A stretch of 64,000 nucleotides of DNA from the NCBI GenBank assembly GCA_038883775.1, contig JAVZLM010000005.1:1-64000 (forward strand), read 5' to 3'. Under the pieces are notes generated by a model. That model was not told the origin of the DNA and searched no databases. It saw only the letters and a list, made by a program, of their open reading frames with translations. Positions within the stretch are counted from its first letter, which is position 1; the number at the start of each line of letters is the position of its first letter. The translations under genes and the position numbers were made by a program. This document shows, piece by piece, positions 59,930 through 64,000 of this stretch. The stretch is from Candidatus Bathyarchaeia archaeon (GTDB lineage: Archaea; Thermoproteota; Bathyarchaeia; Bathyarchaeales; Bathycorpusculaceae).

Positions 59930-60538
59930 ATGCGAAGCAAAATATCACCCAGCGAATACCTCGCTTTTCTTTCCCTAAAATATGAGGTTGACCCTGACAA
60001 GCTTTTCTACGCAATAGTTTCAGCAAGCGAAACTGGAAAATCCACGTGTGAAAATCTCCTAGTTGAATGCCGTGGTAAACAAAGGAAAGGGATTATCCTT
60101 TTAATAACAAAAGGCAAAAAAGTTGTGGCTCAATTTCCGATACTTAAAGAATTTTTAAGGGAAAAGAACAATCCAATAAAAGAGATAAGAAAAACAAACT
60201 TGTTCCGCAGATACTCCATCATAAAAGGCATTAAACCGCATTCTTTTCAGATAGGAGATTTAAGGGTAGGAATGAGAAAAGTTAACGTGAAGGCGAAGGT
60301 TCTTGAAATCACAAAACCTACTCTTGTTTTTACAAGATTTGGAAACTATGCCAGCGTAGCCAACGCTCGGATAGCAGATGAAACGGGAGAAATTAAACTA
60401 TGCTTGTGGAACAAACAAATAGACTCCATATCCATAGGAGACACGGTTCAAATTGAGAATGCGAACACATCAGCGTTTAGAGGCGAGAAACAATTGAGAA
60501 TTGGAAGAAAGGGTATTTTCCGCAACATGGGAATTTAA
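59930..60538 (+). CDS. Unknown N-terminal domain fused to SSB/RPA-type OB fold
   Basis: VNVKAKVLE, IADETGEIKLCLW, GDTVQIENA, FRGEKQL. Confidence 0.8.
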   Translation: MRSKISPSEYLAFLSLKYEVDPDKLFYAIVSASETGKSTCENLLVECRGKQRKGIILLITKGKKVVAQFPILKEFLREKNNPIKEIRKTNLFRRYSIIKGIKPHSFQIGDLRVGMRKVNVKAKVLEITKPTLVFTRFGNYASVANARIADETGEIKLCLWNKQIDSISIGDTVQIENANTSAFRGEKQLRIGRKGIFRNMGI

Positions 60539-60553
60539 TGAGGTAAACAAAAA

Positions 60554-60598
60554 CTATAAAATCTCCTTTGCCGCCTTTCTGTAAACTTCAAAGTCACA
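60554..60598 (-). repeat. Diverged copy of the 3' end of the macrodomain gene
   Basis: Encodes DFEVYRKAAKEIL* versus DFEIYRKTAGEIL* at 61296-61337 (10/13 aa, 30/42 nt by hand). Confidence 0.85.
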
Positions 60599-60603
60599 TC
60601 CCA

Positions 60604-60636
60604 AAAACTAAAGACAGGTTACAGCCAACATCGCCA
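60604..60636 (+). repeat. Direct repeat copy 2 (duplicated rnpB 3' end)
   Basis: AAAACTAAAGACAGGTTACAGCCAACATCGCCA. Confidence 0.9.
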
Positions 60637-60691
60637 ACCATATGGAGAAATGGATAAAGTTTTAAGGTTTTAATGAATTACAAATTTTATT

Positions 60692-61286
60692 GTGTACGAA
60701 ATTTCAGAGCCTTTACATTTATATTTAGTGAAAAATCTTAGAGGAATAGTTTACTTTTCAATAACTGTTTCTGTAAAAGAAGAGTTTGATTGGCTTAAAA
60801 GAAAATTTAAATACAGAGAACTTGGAATTTCCGAAAGTTTAGGACTTAAGCAGACATGGAAGAAACTTTTGACCTTACCAAAAATCGAGGAAAACCCAGC
60901 GCTGGATTCGCTTTCTTCAAGCTTCAAAATTCATTTGTCCCTTAACAGTTTTGAAGGAAGAAAGTCTAAAAGATTTTGGAAATGCCATAATCGCTTGTCT
61001 CAAAACTAAAGAGAAACTAAGCGACAAAGAATTGAAATTTAATTTGAGATTGGTTAATTATTCCATAACAGATTTTTATTTAAAATCCATAGAACTTGCC
61101 TTGCAGTCTGACATGGAAGGAAGAAGGAAGCTTGCAGAAAAGGATATGAAAAGATTCTGGAGAATTAAAGCCAGCAAAGACGGAAAAACTTTGATCGCGT
61201 ATGCGGACCCACTTCTGCTCAAAAGCACTCTGCAAAATGCAATGCAAATGAGCCTTGTCCCATGCATAATCCTTGATTTAAGCTAA
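60692..61286 (+). pseudogene. Hypothetical gene split into two overlapping ORFs (probable frameshift near 60950)
   Basis: ORFs 60692-61009 and 60951-61286 overlap across a T-run; no family recognised. Confidence 0.45.
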
Positions 61287-61295
61287 ACTTGGCGA

Positions 61296-61853
61296 TTACA
61301 GAATTTCTCCTGCTGTTTTTCTGTAAATTTCGAAGTCGCGACTTGAAAACAACACGAACACAACTTTGTCGAGGTTATCCTCCTTTTCCAAAAACTCCTT
61401 AACCGTTGATAGGGCTATTTTGCTCGCTTCTTCGATAGGATAACCATAGGTGCCCGTGCTTATGGCTGGAAACGCAATAGTTTTTAGTCCTTTAGAAACA
61501 GCTAATTTTAGCGAGTTGTGGTAAGCTTCAGCTAAAAGTTGCGGCTCACCACTTGAGCCGCCACGCCATATGGGTCCAACAGTGTGGATAACGTATTTAG
61601 CCTTTAAGTTCCCGCCAGAAGTGATGACAGCCTTTCCCGTTGGTAATCCGTTTGGATATTCTGTGGCTCTTATGCGTTTGCATTCCTCAAGGATTTTTGG
61701 TCCGCCCTTGCGGTGGATTGCTCCGTCCACGCCTCCGCCTCCCATAAGCGATGGATTAGCAGCGTTCACTATTGCATCAGTGTCCATTTCAGTTATGTCG
61801 CCTTGAACTAGGAGGATTTTTGCCTTGCCAACCCTAAATTCTTCACTCGGCAT
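61296..61853 (-). CDS. Macrodomain protein (O-acetyl-ADP-ribose deacetylase, YmdB-like)
   Basis: GDIT, IVNAAN..GGGGVDGAIH, IHTVGP, FPAISTG.YGYP. Confidence 0.95.
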   Translation of the reverse strand: MPSEEFRVGKAKILLVQGDITEMDTDAIVNAANPSLMGGGGVDGAIHRKGGPKILEECKRIRATEYPNGLPTGKAVITSGGNLKAKYVIHTVGPIWRGGSSGEPQLLAEAYHNSLKLAVSKGLKTIAFPAISTGTYGYPIEEASKIALSTVKEFLEKEDNLDKVVFVLFSSRDFEIYRKTAGEIL

Positions 61854-61998
61854 TAGAGTCCCCCTCAACAATTTATTCTGTAACCATTCTAAATTCTTAA
61901 ATGTTAAATCTTTCTCGCCCTTAAACACTTACACACATAAAATTAGGGCTTAAGCTTATTTTCTTGAAAAATAACTAATCTTCAGCAAGGTGAAAATC

Positions 61999-63366
61999 AT
62001 GGATTTCAGCAAATTAGAAAATTTCGTTTTTGAGAAAATGTCTAAAACCCATTTGCCAGGACTAAGCATAGCCATCGTTAAAGACGGCGAAGTGATTTAT
62101 AGTAGAGGCTTCTGTTTTAGGGACCTGGAGTATGGCTTAAGGGCAACTCCAAACACACTTTATGGAATAGGGTCCATAACCAAATCGTTCACCGCCCTTT
62201 CCATAATGCAACTTGCCGAAAAAGGAAAATTAAGCTTGGAGGATTCTGTTAGCAAATATGTTCCATTAGAGCTAAAATCCATGGAGGAACCAATAAAAAT
62301 ATGGCACCTGCTCAGCCACAGTTCTGGTTTGCCAGCCTTGGCTTATGCAGAAGCTCTTATTCGATATTTGACGGGGGCTGGTGAAAAATGGATTCCCATA
62401 GCAAGCTGCGAGGATATCCTAACTTTTATTCGTGAAGCAGACCAGTGGGCTTTGGCTAAGCCTGGAGAAAGATGGTTCTACTTAAACGAGGGCTACGTGA
62501 TTCTCGGCTACATCATAGAGAAGCTTTCTAACATGCGTTATGAAGAATACGTGAAAAAGAATATTCTTGAACCTTTGCATATGAGCAGAAGCTTCTTTAA
62601 AAAAGAAGATGTGGAATCAGATTTGGATGCAGCCACACCATACATAATCACCAGAGATGGAGAATGCAAAAAATCCGTCTATCCTTATGGAATTTCTGCC
62701 GACGGTGGGCTGATAAGTAATGTCTTAGACTTAGCCCGATACATTATCATGTTTCTTAATCGAGGAACATACGATGGTAACACCTTGGCGTCTCCCAATT
62801 CTATAGAGGAGATGGAAAAGCCAAGAATAAAATTGCCGCTTCAAATTTTCAGCGGAGAATCTTATGGATATGGCTTAAGCATAACTCCCAACTTCTATGG
62901 CAATAAATTAGTAGGTCATGGTGGCTCTGTGCTTGTTTACACTGCCTACATGGGATACATACCAGATAAAAAAGTGGGCATTGCGTTAATGGCTAATGGA
63001 AGTGGTTATCCTCTCTCCCAAATTGGCTTGTATGGACTTGCATTGATGCTGAATGAAAATCCGGAAAACCTTCCATTCATAAAAATTGAAAGAGTCTATG
63101 ATGCGCTTACAGGACTTTACGAAACTTATAAGGGAACAATGAAAGCACAAATTGTCAGCAAAGGCGGCATCCTCCAACTTGAGATTAAGGACAGATATAC
63201 GGATATGATTATACCCTTAATTCCAGAAGACATAGAGGGCACTGTGAAGAAATTTTATGCCCTTCAGTCAGGTGGGAAGCTTCCAGTTGAGTTTATGGTT
63301 GTTGGGGAAAGGGTAGACTTGATTTATGAACGGTATAGACTTAGGAAAGTCGGCAATTTAGCGTAA
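61999..63366 (+). CDS. Serine hydrolase, Pab87-like peptidase (paralog of 18124-19536)
   Basis: SITK, YLN, HGG; C-terminal IYERY. Confidence 0.92.
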   Translation: MDFSKLENFVFEKMSKTHLPGLSIAIVKDGEVIYSRGFCFRDLEYGLRATPNTLYGIGSITKSFTALSIMQLAEKGKLSLEDSVSKYVPLELKSMEEPIKIWHLLSHSSGLPALAYAEALIRYLTGAGEKWIPIASCEDILTFIREADQWALAKPGERWFYLNEGYVILGYIIEKLSNMRYEEYVKKNILEPLHMSRSFFKKEDVESDLDAATPYIITRDGECKKSVYPYGISADGGLISNVLDLARYIIMFLNRGTYDGNTLASPNSIEEMEKPRIKLPLQIFSGESYGYGLSITPNFYGNKLVGHGGSVLVYTAYMGYIPDKKVGIALMANGSGYPLSQIGLYGLALMLNENPENLPFIKIERVYDALTGLYETYKGTMKAQIVSKGGILQLEIKDRYTDMIIPLIPEDIEGTVKKFYALQSGGKLPVEFMVVGERVDLIYERYRLRKVGNLA

Positions 63367-63984
63367 CGCTGAAATAATGAACCATACTCCAAAACCTGTT
63401 AAAACGAGAAAACAAAAACCAAAAACAATTTCATGCACTCTTTCAGTCCAAAAACGTCTCGATTTAAAAACTGTCAAAGAAACGAAAATGTTCCAGACTA
63501 GGTCGCAAGACCAATGGATTACGGCAAAAATTAAAAAGCCCACAAACCCAAAAAGGGCAGCATTCATAACTAAGAAGAGTCCAATAGTAGCCCACCAAAA
63601 AAGGAAATAGGGATTACTAGCTGTAGCAAGAATCCCAGAAACAAGGGAACCATATTTGAAATAGGAAGACTCCTCTTCCATTTCCTTTCGAGCTTTAAGC
63701 ATTTTCAACCCCAAATAAACCATCAATGCTCCACCCACAAGACCTATAATTTTCTGTGTAAGCGGGGAAGCAAAAACCCATGCAAAACCAAGGTAAATGA
63801 GAAACATTATGGGGAACTCCACAACCCCATGACCAATGGATATTAGGATTCCAGCATTCTTTTCTCTGCTAGCCCTTGCAACAGTTACAGCAAACAAGGG
63901 GCCAGGCGACATAACTCCAGATAAGGAGACTAAAATTACTGAAATTAGAAAAAGGTGGAAATCCATAATCATAGGGGGTTCCAT
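63358..63984 (-). CDS. LysE family translocator
   Basis: SGVMSPGP, GHGVVE, SNPYFLFWW. Confidence 0.92.
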   Translation of the reverse strand: MEPPMIMDFHLFLISVILVSLSGVMSPGPLFAVTVARASREKNAGILISIGHGVVEFPIMFLIYLGFAWVFASPLTQKIIGLVGGALMVYLGLKMLKARKEMEEESSYFKYGSLVSGILATASNPYFLFWWATIGLFLVMNAALFGFVGFLIFAVIHWSCDLVWNIFVSLTVFKSRRFWTERVHEIVFGFCFLVLTGFGVWFIISALR

Positions 63985-64000
63985 AAAACTTCACCGAAAC

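Larger units (their letters stand above)
54869..60603. mobile_element. About 5.7-kb genomic islet/cassette bounded by rnpB 3'-end repeats; no integrase seen
   Basis: Flanking 33-bp direct repeat; accessory cargo with two frameshifted genes. Confidence 0.65.

Overview
Archaeal chromosomal window. The unlinked 5S rRNA, two-intron tRNA-Trp, DUF1512, archaeal DnaG/pelota/PolB and TACK-type gene order point to Bathyarchaeia or a related TACK lineage (inference). Most of it is housekeeping: porGDAB, pyrB/pyrI, dtxR-feoA-feoB, glpX, map, trpS, pheST, tyrS, dnaG, polB, pelota, three tRNAs, 5S rRNA and RNase P RNA. The most unusual signals are: (1) a tandem, integrase-free cassette structure between rnpB and a macrodomain gene, where a junction at 60554-60636 joins a diverged copy of the macrodomain 3' end to a copy of the rnpB 3' end; (2) an ArsR-wHTH/ATP-cone/class III RNR fusion lacking all radical-chemistry residues; (3) an unannotated two-hairpin H/ACA-like RNA after pheT; (4) a PolB with degenerate proofreading motifs; (5) a stand-alone NurA(+wHTH)-HerA pair beside a putative modified-DNA reader; (6) a SipW/TasA-like fibre locus in an extremely A/C-skewed segment; (7) a tRNA-Trp intron carrying C/D-type self-guides; (8) structured 5' leaders on RNA-chaperone-type genes. 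All calls are from motif recognition by eye; no searches were run, and start codons are best estimates.
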